Shown piece by piece: positions 51,126 through 64,000 of a DNA stretch of 64,000 nt. A program made the translations under genes and the position numbers. Every line of letters starts with the position of its first letter. The first letter of the stretch is position 1. The notes beneath the pieces were generated by a model. That model was not told the origin of the DNA. It did no database searches and was given only the letters and a program-made list of their open reading frames with translations. The stretch is from Eledone cirrhosa (lineage: Eukaryota), in NCBI GenBank assembly GCA_964016885.1, contig OZ024745.1:134106001-134170000 (forward strand). Reading direction: 5' to 3'.

Positions 51126-51855
51126 GTCTGGCACAGGACCAAAGTGTACCCACCAGAAGTACATAATGAAACAAAGCACAATAAGTAACTGTAGAATATG
51201 TGGAGATAGGTAAGTCACAATCAACCACAGTCTCTGGGTGCCCAGGACTAGCCAAAAAGAAGATATCCACAGGCATGAGAGTTGGGACCTTCATACACTG
51301 AAATTATGCCAGCATTATGAAATACCGACAGAAAAAAGGTGGTACAAACACACACCAGAAAAAGTGTCAGAGAATGACAAAGCAACCATTCTCTGGGATA
51401 TGCCAATACTTACAGACAGAGATCAGAGCCACCAGCCAGATAATATAATCAAAGGCCACAAAGAATAAAATGCCTTCTGATAGATATATCTATCCTCAAA
51501 AACGACAATATATCTTCCAAGGAAATAGAGAAACTCTCCAAATATAAAGATCTAGAGATAGAAATAACTCGAATATGGAAAATGAAAACAGAAACAATAC
51601 TTATAATTGTAGGTGCTCTAGGTATGATAAAAAAACACACACAGACAAATACATAGCCAAAACCCCGGGACTTACAAATATCTATACAGCATACAAAAGA
51701 TAGCACTACTTGGCACTGCACATATATTACGAAAAGTACTATCAACAATAGAAACAACACCAGCAAAAGCTACACTGCACATACCGAAGGTACACACAGT
51801 TCTTGGTAAAGAAGTAATGATGCATAATAAAAATAATAATGCAAATAATAATACC
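51126..51855 (+). mobile_element. R4/Dong-clade non-LTR 3' portion (CCHC and restriction-like endonuclease) with (TAA)n tail
   Basis: AQDQS..CRICG..H..SGCP, KRWYKHTPEKVSEN..ILWD, QPD, EKLSKYKDLEIEI..IIVGALG. Ends in TAATAA-rich sequence. Confidence 0.88.
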
Positions 51856-54384
51856 CAGTCAAATTCGGTCACTATTTGTAAAACGATAAGATCCCTACTT
51901 TTGAATATTTATGTTTACTTGATACTACAGGTTCATTTAACTTTTCGGACGTAAAGATATGTTTCGGGTATACCTTCATGCTCTCGCACTATTCTTCAAA
52001 TCACTTCATGTGGATTTCATGATAGTATCCTAGTCTGTTTAAGAACTGTTGATGTAGGCAAGAAAAGTAGCGAATTTATAACAATTTGTTTGGATTTATA
52101 ATGAATTTGCTTTAAAACTATTAGAATCACGAGAATGATAAAAGGAAGGTCAGTTTAGCAACCTTTAACTGATATACGGTTGTATTAACTCAAGCAAATT
52201 CAATATATCTTAATAAGCTGAAATTAGTCTATTTTGTTTTCCTCGAAAGTAAATCTTTTCTTCGGGGTTATTTTCTGTTGAATCTATTTTTCTCTTTCTC
52301 AATCGATTTATTTTGCTAAGTAAAAACAAAAACGATAGACTTATTTCAGTTGGGAAATTCTAAGAATGCTGTTAAAACAGATTACGTCTGGTTTATTTGA
52401 ACGTTACCATTTTATATTTTTCATCTAATATTCAGGACTTGGCTTCAAGCTGTGACCCAAGATCATTGTGCGATTCTCGCAAAGTATATGGCATGATTAA
52501 ATTGTCGCATAGAAACCCTGCTATGTGATGAGTGTGTTTATTGTATGAAAATATATTGTTTTATTATTTGTGAGTACGCATTATTATAGAAAAACATTGA
52601 AAATATATATATCGTGTTTTGCTTTATTTTGTTTTGTTTTTTGTTTTTTTCACGCTAATAATCGAAGACTCAGTTCAAATCTTCTAACATTTGGCGATTT
52701 ACGATCATTATAAAATCGATTTCTCATAAACTATATATTTTATGTGATTCCCTTACAGCTCTTAATTGTTGAACGATATTTAGCGAATACATTTTTTATG
52801 ATTTTGTTTTGGCGTCAAAATTTATAGTGATACCACAGTGGAATAATTATATTCCTTATAATTCAGTTTTTGTTTTTTAATCTGACAAAGGAATGCAAAG
52901 TTTTATTACGGAAGAAAATTACTTAATTTCGAAGAATCCGCTGCATTTTTCTGAATTGTAATAGCGCTAAATCAAAATTGCTGGGAACGTATTCAAAAGC
53001 TTTGGAAATACAAATATACATGCTCGTTCCGAGTAAGTATATTGATTTCATGTTAGATTATTCTTCTGAAAATGCATTTAATATTTAATTCCTACATAAT
53101 TATGTGTATGTATGTAAAATTATTAATATAGTATGTTGCCAAAAATGCAAATTCCATGCTAAACTACGAAAATATTTATAAGATCCGGAATCAACTGAAG
53201 AAATTACAGAAAGTTGAATGTCAAAAGTTTGGTATTCGCCTTGCAGCAAAGTTACTAACTGTACAGGTAGTGTGGTAATATTTCTACAGACACGTTAGTT
53301 AATAGGTTTATTACTAACAGTAGAGACACTGACAATATTTCTACAGTCACGCTAGTTATTAGGTTTATTACTCACAGCCTCGGTCATTTTCAGCAAAAGA
53401 AAAGATAAATAAATCACTATAAGAAAAAGACATGTTGAATGTTATTATATAGTTCAAATACAACCAGGATTGACTTTCTTTTTGTGAGCACCGAGACCAG
53501 GAAACTGAATACTTGGCACGCTAAAATTGACTGTTCTATATTCATCTAAAAATTGTGTGATTTTCTCAATTTAACAAATTCACAGAGTCGCTTAGGTACC
53601 GGTTTAAATGCCTCAGGACTTTCTCCGGCTCACTGTCCTCTTTCATTCTTTCGAAATTGATGAAAGGTGCCAGTTCCGAAGGGTTAGGTTGGGATAATTG
53701 TTAATGGGTCAATATCTGATCCAGCCCGGTGCATTTTGAGTTCAAATTCCGCCTCCGTCTGCCATCAGATAGTATCAGCACCGGAAAGACCAATGTAAAC
53801 AAAATGTTATTGGTCTGATCTTATGGTCGGCTCTTTTCCTCTTTGTTAACTAAATTTTTTGTTTGTTTGCTTGTTAATTGATTTTATCTTTGTTCCTTTA
53901 GCTGTATGATTATAACGTTTGTTTTGTAGTTATTGTTCTGGTTCGATCCCATTGTGCAGCACTGTGCCACTACTTGGCCTTTGATTGCCTTTGGAGCGTC
54001 CAAGATGTTAAGGTGAAGATAATTCAGTATCTTGATATATTTCCTACAACTGCAGTAACCCACAATTCGGAGTGTCGTGCTCACCAATCTCGGAATCCAT
54101 TCAAAAAGCCTTAGGTCATGAAATCGGTTCGTTGAAAATTTACCTAAACTATTGTTTTACGGTGCTCAGAAGAAATAATTATTTTTTAACAGTACAGTAT
54201 AAGGCCACCAAAATGGAGTGGGACAAATATGCCAATACCTCGCGGATAATTATTTTAACGCCGGCAGAATGAAAGAAGAAAGTAAATCTCGGCGGGAATC
54301 GAACGTTGCTGCTGCCTGTTAGAATAAGGCAGTGTCCCTATTCGACCTATTTGGATAATCTCTGCACTCGCCACTCATCAAAAA

Positions 54385-54848
54385 ATAATGATTTCTGATT
54401 TAGGCACAAAGCCAGCAATGTTATACAGCTCACACCTATACAGGTTTCGCTGGCCTCCTCCAAGGTATATCTCGTTGGAGGTGTTTTGGGTGATTTAATG
54501 ATAGGGACCCCAATCCTATAATTTCTACAGCTGAGTAAACTGGAGCAACGTGAAATAAAGTGTCTTGCTCAAGGAAACAACATCACCCGGTCCGAGAATT
54601 GAACTCACAACCTTTCGATTGCAAGCCCAATGCTCTAACCACTAAGCCATGCGCCTTCACCCAATGTTGGGGAGAGACAAGTCAATTAAATCGACCCCAG
54701 TGCGTTACTGGTACTTTATTTTTCTCAAACCCGTAAGCATGAAAGGCAAAGCTAACCTCGGCGGGATTTGAACTCAGAACATAAAGGGCCGAAACTATGC
54801 CACGAAGCAAGGTGTCCGAGGCTCTCCAGATACTGCCAATCCACCGCC
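54385..54848 (-). mobile_element. Family A SINE with a family B SINE (54423-54660) nested inside
   Basis: The family A tail (54385-54420) and body (54670-54848) are separated by a full family B copy. TSD CAATGTT at 54416-54422 and 54662-54668. Confidence 0.88.
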
Positions 54849-55264
54849 ATAAATCGTCAAAAAGAGAAAATTAATCCTTTAACTCTAACACACAACGACA
54901 AATTCCTTGCACGAGGAGGCAAAGTGATGTCCATTATTGAGAAGAATTAGAGGTGAAAGTGAACTTTCACAAACGTCTTTCAGATATTTGCAGAACGCAG
55001 CATGCGATGTAAACTGTTTATATAACATTTTTAATGATTCGGCTTAAATAACATAGATTATACTTAAATACATAAATACAAACATACACACAATATCTCT
55101 CTCTCTCTGTGTCCGCACGCGCACACACACACACACACGCATTGTGTCAAAACTCTTATAATTTTATCCTTTTGACAAATATTCGAGAGGAAAAAATCAA
55201 TATCAACTACTCATTCGCATTATATATCAGACGTAAACACGTTTACTAATGTGTAAGTAGGTGC

Positions 55265-55305
<41 letters not shown>

Positions 55306-55977
55306 TCTTGTGTATGCATTATACTTACATAAATATATATTTCAATGGTGATACTTCTCCATGGCTAACTTTGATATTGAAACCTCAACAAAAGTGCGCA
55401 CACACGCTTATGGGTGTGATTTTGTCTTTCTATTTTTAACTTAAATTCAGTGAAACACTTTCTCATACACAAGATTGACGGTATGGATAGATGTATGTGA
55501 CTGGTGTGTGTGAGAGAGTATGTTTCAGTTCTGTATAAAACACAAAAGCAACGTTAAATTGATTGCGGAATTAGTGAATATCCAGTCAGACTAATAAAGG
55601 TAGGCGTGATCTCGTGACTGGAAAAATTCAACATTTCTAGAGGGAAAAGCTAGCAACAAAAAGTCATTGAATTATATAATTTCTATGAATGGATTGCGTG
55701 AAAGTGTGTTAAACGGTGAACGTTATAGTGGAATATTTGGAGGAGATATAGCTATCCGGGTTCGTTTTAGCTTGAAGTCGATATATGATGTACTTTCTTC
55801 TCTTTCAAAATATACCAAACGTTACAGTTTATCAGAATACCTTGCTAGTTCGATCATTCAATGATTTATATATTTTATGATTTTTTTATATCATAGTGAA
55901 GTCCGCAAATAGCTTTTTAAATAAGTCAAGAAGTGTTTTGAGAGTATTCTAGGATTTGAATGGGATGAAAATATGGA

Positions 55978-56140
55978 CATATTGGTGGAGTGGAGCCATG
56001 TTGGGTGGAGTGGAGCTATGTCGTAGCTATGGTAACATATTGGGTGGAGTGGAGCCATGTTGTATCTATGGTGATATATTGGGTGGAGTGGAGCTATGTT
56101 GATATATTGGGTGGAGTGAAGCTATGTTGTATCTAGGGTG
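55978..56140. repeat. Degenerate minisatellite, GGGTGGAGTGGAGCYATGT core, 5 copies
   Basis: Direct reading. Confidence 0.8.
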
Positions 56141-56387
56141 CTATACACAAAACAAACATGTTCTTAATCTACGAAAAGGGTTTCATATATCTAATTAATT
56201 TAACCATGAATATGGAATATGGAAAACACCAGTGAAAGAGACTCAATATTCGAGGTCCTGTGCGGACTAGGTATGCGACTAGCGCTGTATCTCAGCCCTG
56301 ATGAAGGGAAAATACTTTGAGTGTGTAATATAATTCCAAATGTCCTCTTTAGAATAACAGCAGTAATGTCCGTGGAATAAGAAATTA

Positions 56388-58106
56388 CACTGGTCAACAA
56401 TTTTTGAAATGTTTTGTGCTTCTTAAATGAGATTATTTAATTCTTATGTATTTTCATGTCCCGAATCCAAATATATCCTTGATAAATGTTTATTAACTAC
56501 AGGTTTAAAGATACATGACATGTAATATTTGATTATTTTATTATAACATACAATATGTGTCAATATGTTTTAAGCTCTAGTCTATATCTACTCTCTGTCT
56601 TTTTACTTGACACTTATAGTGGGCTGAAGAATCGTCTCTTTCCCATGTCCAGCAATACTCTGCAAGTATTGTTGTGCTCCATTTGCCCTGGTACCACTTT
56701 TCCATAGTTGAAATATCTTGATGAAACCTATCACCATGTTAGTCACTAACTACCCCACAGTTCGCTGGTAAAAAGTCTAAATGAGAGTTGAAAATGTGGA
56801 TTTTAAATGACATGTTACACCCCATGTTCTTGTAAGCCTTGGGGAGGTTTTCCACTAATTCTTCATAGTTTCTTTCCCTTCAGTTTCCGAGAAATCTCTT
56901 CGCCACTAACTTGAATGCTTCCCAGGCAACTTTCTCCTCCCCATGAAGGGCTGATTTAAAGTCACCATCTTTAACAAGCTCTCGAATCTGAGGACCAATG
57001 AATACTCCCTCTTTTATCTTAGCGTGAGGGGAATTTTGATGTTAAATACTTGAATCCTTGATTATATTTGTCCATAGATTTTATAAACTTTTTCATGAGC
57101 CCCAGTTTTATGTGTAGCGGTGGTAGCAACATTTAGTTTGGTTCAGTGAGAGGTGGCTGTTGAACATTTGTCATCCCAGCCTCCAATAATTGATGGGGAG
57201 GCCAGTCTCTCCTGATATAGTGGGAACCTCTTACACGGCTGTCCCATTCACACAGAAAGCAGCAGTACTTGTTGTATCCGTCCTGAAAGCCCATCACAAG
57301 AGCAACAACCTTTAAGTCACCACAGAACCACCATTAATGTTCATCATATTTTATACATTGCAACATATACTTTATATTCTCATAAGTTTCTTTCATATGT
57401 GATGTGTAGCCCACAGGAACTGATGGTTCACTATTGCCATTATGTAACATTTCAGACTAGTTTTTGACGAATCTATGAACAGCCTCCAGTATCTGGGTTT
57501 GTATTCAATACCAACTGCTTCCATCAGACCATTAATATTGTTACAGGACAATAAATCACCTCCCATTATGAAGAAATTGCTGAACTGCTGCTGACGGTCA
57601 CCAAATTCTGAAATCTTTACATCAGCTTCTAGGAGATTCCACTGTTGAAGACGTGAGCCTAGCATCTCTACCTTATTCTTAGGTAGTTGGAGTTTCCCTT
57701 GTGTTATGAGATGTGGTCTAGGGGAGTGTGCTTCATCAAAATTATATCATTCAGTAGAAAAATAAAATCAATATAAAATGCCTCACATGCATATCAATAG
57801 CTTGTTCAATTAATATTTATTATAAGTTTAAAGTGTTTAACTAGGAAAATCCCCTACTTTTCACTTCAATATATCAACATGCACAGCCCAACCACCTCCT
57901 ATGACTGCTGGAACAATACTGAAGGGTAGTGTGATTGTGAGTTGTGGTTACACACTCCCACAAGCCTGTTGGAACCTGCTGTGACACATAGGTGTATGTT
58001 GAAAAGTAGAGCTAACAGTTTTAACCATGATAGCCATTATCAGCGACCTCAAATTAGTTGGAAATTGTTACTTTGGTCTCAGAAGTGTTTTGGTTGTTGA
58101 CTAATA
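56388..58106 (-). mobile_element. Decayed Chapaev3-like (CMC superfamily) DNA transposon, transposase remnant about 56640-57720
   Basis: Minus-strand LFIDSSKTSLK, GDLKVVAL..KYCCFLCEWDSR, PPLHIKLGLMK, KEGVFIGPQIR, KIH..SHLDF, HGDRFHQDI..YQGKW..EYCW. Left end TTA|CACTGGTCAACAA, right end TTGTTGACTAATA (degenerate TIR). The family name rests on recalled motifs, CAC ends and a TWA target. Confidence 0.75.
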
Positions 58107-59191
58107 GAGAGAAGCGTAGATTTCATTTCCGTCAATTTAATTTCCGTGAAAAAACTATCCTTAATTATTTAAAAAAACTAAGATATCTGTAGCTTGTAAT
58201 CATGATGGTTGCTCACAAATCTGATTTCACACTGTATCTTCAATGATGAGAGAAAAATGAAAATTTGCCAGATGACCGAGGTACGAGCTAATTTTGTTGC
58301 GAACCTAAACGAAGACGCTCTTAACACCACCAATGGTGGCATCCCTAGACACAAATATTACCAGAAAAATACAAAACTTGTTGACATTTCCTTGCCATAG
58401 TTGATAAAGAGAATGTCCCACGGTGGAAGTTGTATATCTGTTGATAAGTTCTCTCCACGGGATGTTCAACTTGACTATAAGAAACGCTATTTCTGCTTTT
58501 TTCTACTTTTTCTCAACTTCACCTCTTTAAAAGGTGCCAAACCTTGTTCTTAATGTGCGTATCTATCTATCTATCATTCTTTCTGTCTTACATCAAAGCG
58601 TATCACATCATTATGACATTTATATATTTTTACACACGCACATATACTGTACGAATACACATATATGAGCAGATGTGTAAACATGGTTGCTCAGCCTATA
58701 TATTAAATCCATATCCTATTCTCTCATATCTGTTGTCTCTTCTCTTTAACATCTCTTCTCTATCCTCTTTTCACGCTCTCTCAGAGGTGAAGATATTCTA
58801 AATTAAATCGAACTTCAGTGAATTATTCAACACATTCAATAAATCATGGCACAGATATTATTAACCCTTTATCATAATCAATATGAAATGCAGTGGCACC
58901 CAATCTCATAGAGGGCGCTCAGTCAATGCAATAATTATACAATGATCTCAGTCTAGATTCAAGTATGTGAAGTAGAGATGGGTGGTTGTTAGCATCAATT
59001 TAGACGGCGTTGGTCTCCTACAGCCACAATCTTAACATATTTGACGATAAGTGGACTAAAGCAACTTGTTAACTCTCTCTATATATCTTAATAGATCTCC
59101 CTAGCTACTTATCTATTTAACCATCTGCGTCACTCTTTTTCTATCTATCCGTCCATTCATTTACCTACCTATCTATCGCTATATCCACCAA

Positions 59192-59231
<40 letters not shown>

Positions 59232-60871
59232 TGTTCCACCTTGTCTCTATACTCTAAGTACTTCATCATCTATCCATCTTTTTCACCATCCATTCATCCA
59301 GCCATTCTTCTATTTATCCAGTCAAAGAAAGAGACTGGTACAGAGAGGCAAGTATATAATCTTGATTAGGCTGTCATGGTAATAAATCTATATTGGTCAT
59401 CAATATTGGGTGTGTTTGTACTGTTGCGTGATTTTCTGTGTGTGTGTAAATACACACACATATCAATAGACTTCCAGGATGCATTACATTAACATCTTTC
59501 ACTAATATGACTGGCATTTTCAATGACGAGGTGTTATGGTAACTCGAAGAATGAATAAATCATTCAATCTTACGGCAGTAGAATAAACTTAATTTCATGA
59601 CTGCACGATTTTTCGATTATCTGAGTATCCACAAAAGATAATTAAACCTGGTAAGATTATCTTCCTATGGGAAGAGAAATGCAAATTGAAGTTATGATAC
59701 CCATGCAATTCCTCAAGGACATAAGTTAATCCTTTCACTGACCTGCGGGGTTCAAGGACGTAAATCCCGTAATGTAATAAATCTGTCAGTCACGGGTGAT
59801 TTTCGAATGGGCGGATTTGAACTCCGCATTAAAAGCCAATAAAATATACGAATTTAAAGTTTTGCCACTGCTTAAAAATGTGAACTGTACTTTACCTTTC
59901 TTCACATACAACAAAGTAGTTAAAACAACAATCACAATTTAACTAATGTTCATTGGGTTTAATTAAATACCGGTAATATAAGAGTAAATTGACTATTCTT
60001 CCGTCACTGACATAATATTTCTTTGCCTATGGAATCAAAATAATAAAATAATAAATGAGAGAGGAATAGCATGTTTGGTTTGCGTGTTAGAATTGATGTG
60101 GAAGGGAGATTGTCCATCTGGTTTAGTTTTAGGTTTTGGTATCTAGGAACTTGTAGAGTGTTTCGGTGCAATAACCCCTGTCGAAATTCTCAAAGTAATA
60201 TAATTGGCAATATAGCTAGAAAATTGACACGCCAGACACGGTCGAATGTTTTGCTAATTTTAAGTTCAACAACATTACTTTTGCTAAGTTCTTAAGGGTT
60301 AGGCACTACCGTTGAGTTACACGGGACTGCATTTTCTCAGAAATCGTCCTAATAGTTTCTGAAAAGGGACACCAACCCAACATAATTAAAAGGCTGATTG
60401 TTGACAACTGTTTCAAGTATATTTGAGATATTTGAAACTGGACCGTCATCAGACTTTAGTGCTAGGCGTGCCCTTCAGAACTTTCTCAATCGACATCCTA
60501 ATTCGCGATAATTCTAAGGCCTATTTCTAAATGTGAAGGTGCAGCATTGAGAAGTAGTGCTACCCAGCGCCACCACCCCATCCTGCGAGACGGGCCTGGT
60601 TGGAAATTAGGGCGATGTGTCGATAGTTTGCTAGATCAGAGAGATTACATTTTATGGAATGGTCAACCCAATATTTCCAAACACTGATAGACTGTTGTAA
60701 ATATAGGGATTGAAGGGCGTGGAGCTAACTTGGGTGTACACTGTTCATCTTTGACGGACATTGCCGAAACTAGTCATCAAAACTTTAATTTTAACTCACA
60801 ATATCATTCGTAACAAGATTTATAATTGCAATGAATAAATATGTACAATGTTATATAAAAATTAATACATG

Positions 60872-60934
60872 TACTCTCGGATCCCAAACAATTGGGGTGG
60901 TCGTGAAATAAGCGGGGGGGGGGGGTAATTTTGA

Positions 60935-60965
<31 letters not shown>

Positions 60966-61179
60966 ACCAGAATTAAACGGTTAGTTTACACATTGAGACC
61001 CTAACCTAATTTATTTTATAACGTATTTTTAATGTCTAAAGAAAATTAATTATCACAGGAACGCTACCACTTAAATAAAATTTCACCGGAGGAGATAGAT
61101 TAGCAAAATTTAATAAGCGGGGTGGGGGATCTGAAAAATTAATAAGCGGGGTGGGACGATTATTGGAGACCCGAGAGTA
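60872..61179. mobile_element. MITE family copy 4 (best TIRs)
   Basis: TACTCTCGGATCCCAAACAAT..ATTATTGGAGACCCGAGAGTA. The terminal TA fits a Tc1/mariner-type TA duplication. Confidence 0.82.
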
Positions 61180-61973
61180 TGTTCAAAGTTAAAAGCCTCA
61201 CTTTCGCACTAACGTAGATGAAATTTTGTGAGGGGCACATTTTTTCAAGGAGTACATAGACTGTAGAAGGGCGTGAGGCAATGAGGGCGCTCCTGTATTC
61301 TGTCTTCAGATATCATCTGTTCTCGACTAGTCAGAGGTCTCATCCCACAGCTTGTTTCTAGCTTATCTTGGGCTGGCCTCTTCTTCGTGCTGCTGTCACT
61401 CAGCCAATAATTTGATTAATTGATATAAAAGTTTCCTTCAACTGTACCCTTAAGTATTGCTACAATTACATGGCTTTAAATTTATATGATTTTATCTAAT
61501 GCCCGAATATACAACGGAACTCTTGTAGTAGGTGCTAAATATAAGTTATTTTGGTTCTATATAAAGTAGAATAGCTGCACTAATTTAACAGAGATTGAAA
61601 TCGTGGTTTACACCTTGTTAACCACGAATCAACTTTCTATTCAACCGTATTTACCTTACTAATTGAATATCAGTTCTTAAATACTGATTGGATTTTTTTC
61701 CAATCACGAGACAATTTCTCCTTCAATAGTTTTTATTATGCCACTGTACTACAAATATGTTTTATAAAAATACATTCAGCAACCTTTTCCTGTATTTTCT
61801 GTGATATTTTCTATCGCATTATTAAAAATGGACAAAACTTTTCCGTTTTCAGTGTCCCTCGCTCATTAGTAACAGTTGTAAAAGTCCATGTTTATCCCTG
61901 TCGTTTCTTATTGCAAATATATAAAGACTTGAAATCTGAACGTAAAGGAACACAGCTAAACCTTCTAGTTTGC

Positions 61974-64000
61974 ATTTTACCGTTTCTACCACTCCCTCAC
62001 ACCAACCTATACACACATTGTACCGTGTCTACCACTCCCTCACACCAACCTATACACACATTTTACCGTGTCTACCACTCCCTCACACCAACCTATACAC
62101 ACATTTTACCGTGACTACCACTCCCTCACACCAACCTATACACACATTTTACCGTGTCTACCACTCCCTCACACCAACCTATACACACATGTTACCGTGT
62201 CTACCACTCCCTCACACCAACCTATACACACATTGTACCGTGTCTACCACTCCCTCACACCAACCTATACACACATGTTACCGTGTCTACCACTCCCTCA
62301 CACCAACCTATACACACATTGTACCGTGTCTACCACTCCCTCACACCAACCTATACACACATGTTACCGTGTCTACCACTCCCTCACACCAACCTATACA
62401 CACATTGTACCGTGTCTACCACTCCCTCACACCAACCTATACACACATGTTACCGTGACTACCACTCCCTCACACCAACCTATACACACATTGTACCGTG
62501 TCTACCACTCCCTCACACCAACCTATACACACATGTTACCGTGACTACCACTCCCTCACACCAACCTAAACACACATGTTACCGTGTCTACCACTCCCTC
62601 ACACCAACCTATACACACATTGTACCGTGTCTACCACTCCCTCACACCAACCTATACACACATGTTACCGTGACTACCACTCCCTCACACCAACCTATAC
62701 ACACATTTTACCGTGTCTACCACTCCCTCACACCAACCTATACACACATGTTACCGTGTCTACCACTCCCTCACACCAACCTATACACACATTTTACCGT
62801 GTCTACCACTCCCTCACACCAACCTATACACACATGTTACCGTGTCTACCACTCCCTCACACCAACCTATACACACATTTTACCGTGACTACCACTCCCT
62901 CACACCAACCTATACACACATTTTACCGTGTCTACCACTCCCTCACACCAACCTATACACACATGTTACCGTGTCTACCACTCCCTCACACCAACCTATA
63001 CACACATGTTACCGTGACTACCACTCCCTCACACCAACCTATACACACATGTTACCGTGTCTACCACTCCACACCAACCTATACACACATTTTACCGTGT
63101 CTACCACTCCCTCACACCAACCTATACACACATGTTACCGTGTCTACCACTCTACACCAACCTATACACACATTTTACCGTGACTACCACTCCCTTACAC
63201 CAACCTATACACACATTTTACCGTGTCTACCACTCCCTCACACCAGCCTATACACACATTTTACCGTGTCTACCACTCCACACCAACCTATACACACATG
63301 TTACCATGTCTACCAGTCCCTTACACCAACCTATACACACATGTTACCGTGTCTACCACTCCCTCACACCAACCTATACACACGTTACCGTGTCTACCAC
63401 TCCCTCACACCAACCTATACACACATTTTACCGTGTCTACCACTCCACACCAACCTATACACACATGTTAACGTGTCTACCACTCCACACCAACCTATAC
63501 ACACATGTTACCGTGTCTACCACTCCCTCACACCAACCTATACACACATTTTACCGTGACTACCACTCCACACCAACCTATACACACATGTTACCGTGTC
63601 TACCACTCCACACCAACCTATACACACATGTTACCGTGTCTACCACTCCCTCACACCAACCTATACACACATTTTACCGTGTCTACCACTCCACACCAAC
63701 CTATACACACATGTTACCGTGTCTACCACTCCCTCACACCAACCTATACACACATTTTACCGTGTCTACCACTCCACACCAACCTATACACACATGTTAC
63801 CGTGTCTACCACTCCACACCAACCTATACACACATGTTACCGTGTCTACCACTCCCTCACACCAACCTATACACACATTTTACCGTGACTACCACTCCAC
63901 ACCAACCTATACACACATGTTACCGTGCCTACCACTCCCTCACACCAACCTATACACACATTTTACCGTGTCTACCACTCCCTTACACCAACCTATACAC
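61974..64000. repeat. 43-bp satellite array running off the window end
   Basis: Unit TKKTACCGTGWCTACCACTCCCTCACACCAACCTATACACACA, more than 45 copies, with 40-bp deletion variants distally. Confidence 0.97.

Noticed and set aside
61911-63888. Repetitive His/Thr/Pro ORFs
   Set aside because: The 43-bp unit rotates through all frames, so this is satellite and not coding.
61974-64000. CRISPR-like regular repeats (also 8604 and 28020)
   Set aside because: No unique spacers, eukaryotic context and no cas genes.

Overview
Repeat-rich, AT-rich animal genomic DNA. The SINE families and microsatellite load suggest a cephalopod such as Octopus, which is my inference from recalled motifs and not a database result. 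The window holds a near full-length L1/Tx1-type non-LTR retrotransposon (168-6068, +), a 5'-truncated sister family (23075-25853, -) and an internally deleted copy joined to an R4/Dong-type 3' end (50030-51855). It also holds fragments of RTE, R4/Dong and CRE-like LINEs, a decayed Chapaev3-like DNA transposon (56388-58106), two tRNA-derived SINE families, a four-copy MITE family, several minisatellites and a terminal 43-bp satellite. Two phase-compatible host exons (26674-27073 and 37208-37386) mark the 3' end of an unidentified + strand gene. The most interesting observations are: (1) a non-coding Penelope-like foldback element carrying a variant-core type I hammerhead motif (CAGAAGA instead of CUGANGA); (2) a 3' stem-loop plus (ATT)n tail shared between the Tx1-like LINE and the dominant SINE, suggesting a LINE/SINE partnership; (3) a 132-nt hairpin rich in G.U pairs between the host stop codon and its AATAAA; (4) a consensus splice donor over the LINE ORF1 stop that could fuse ORF1 to ORF2 in frame.
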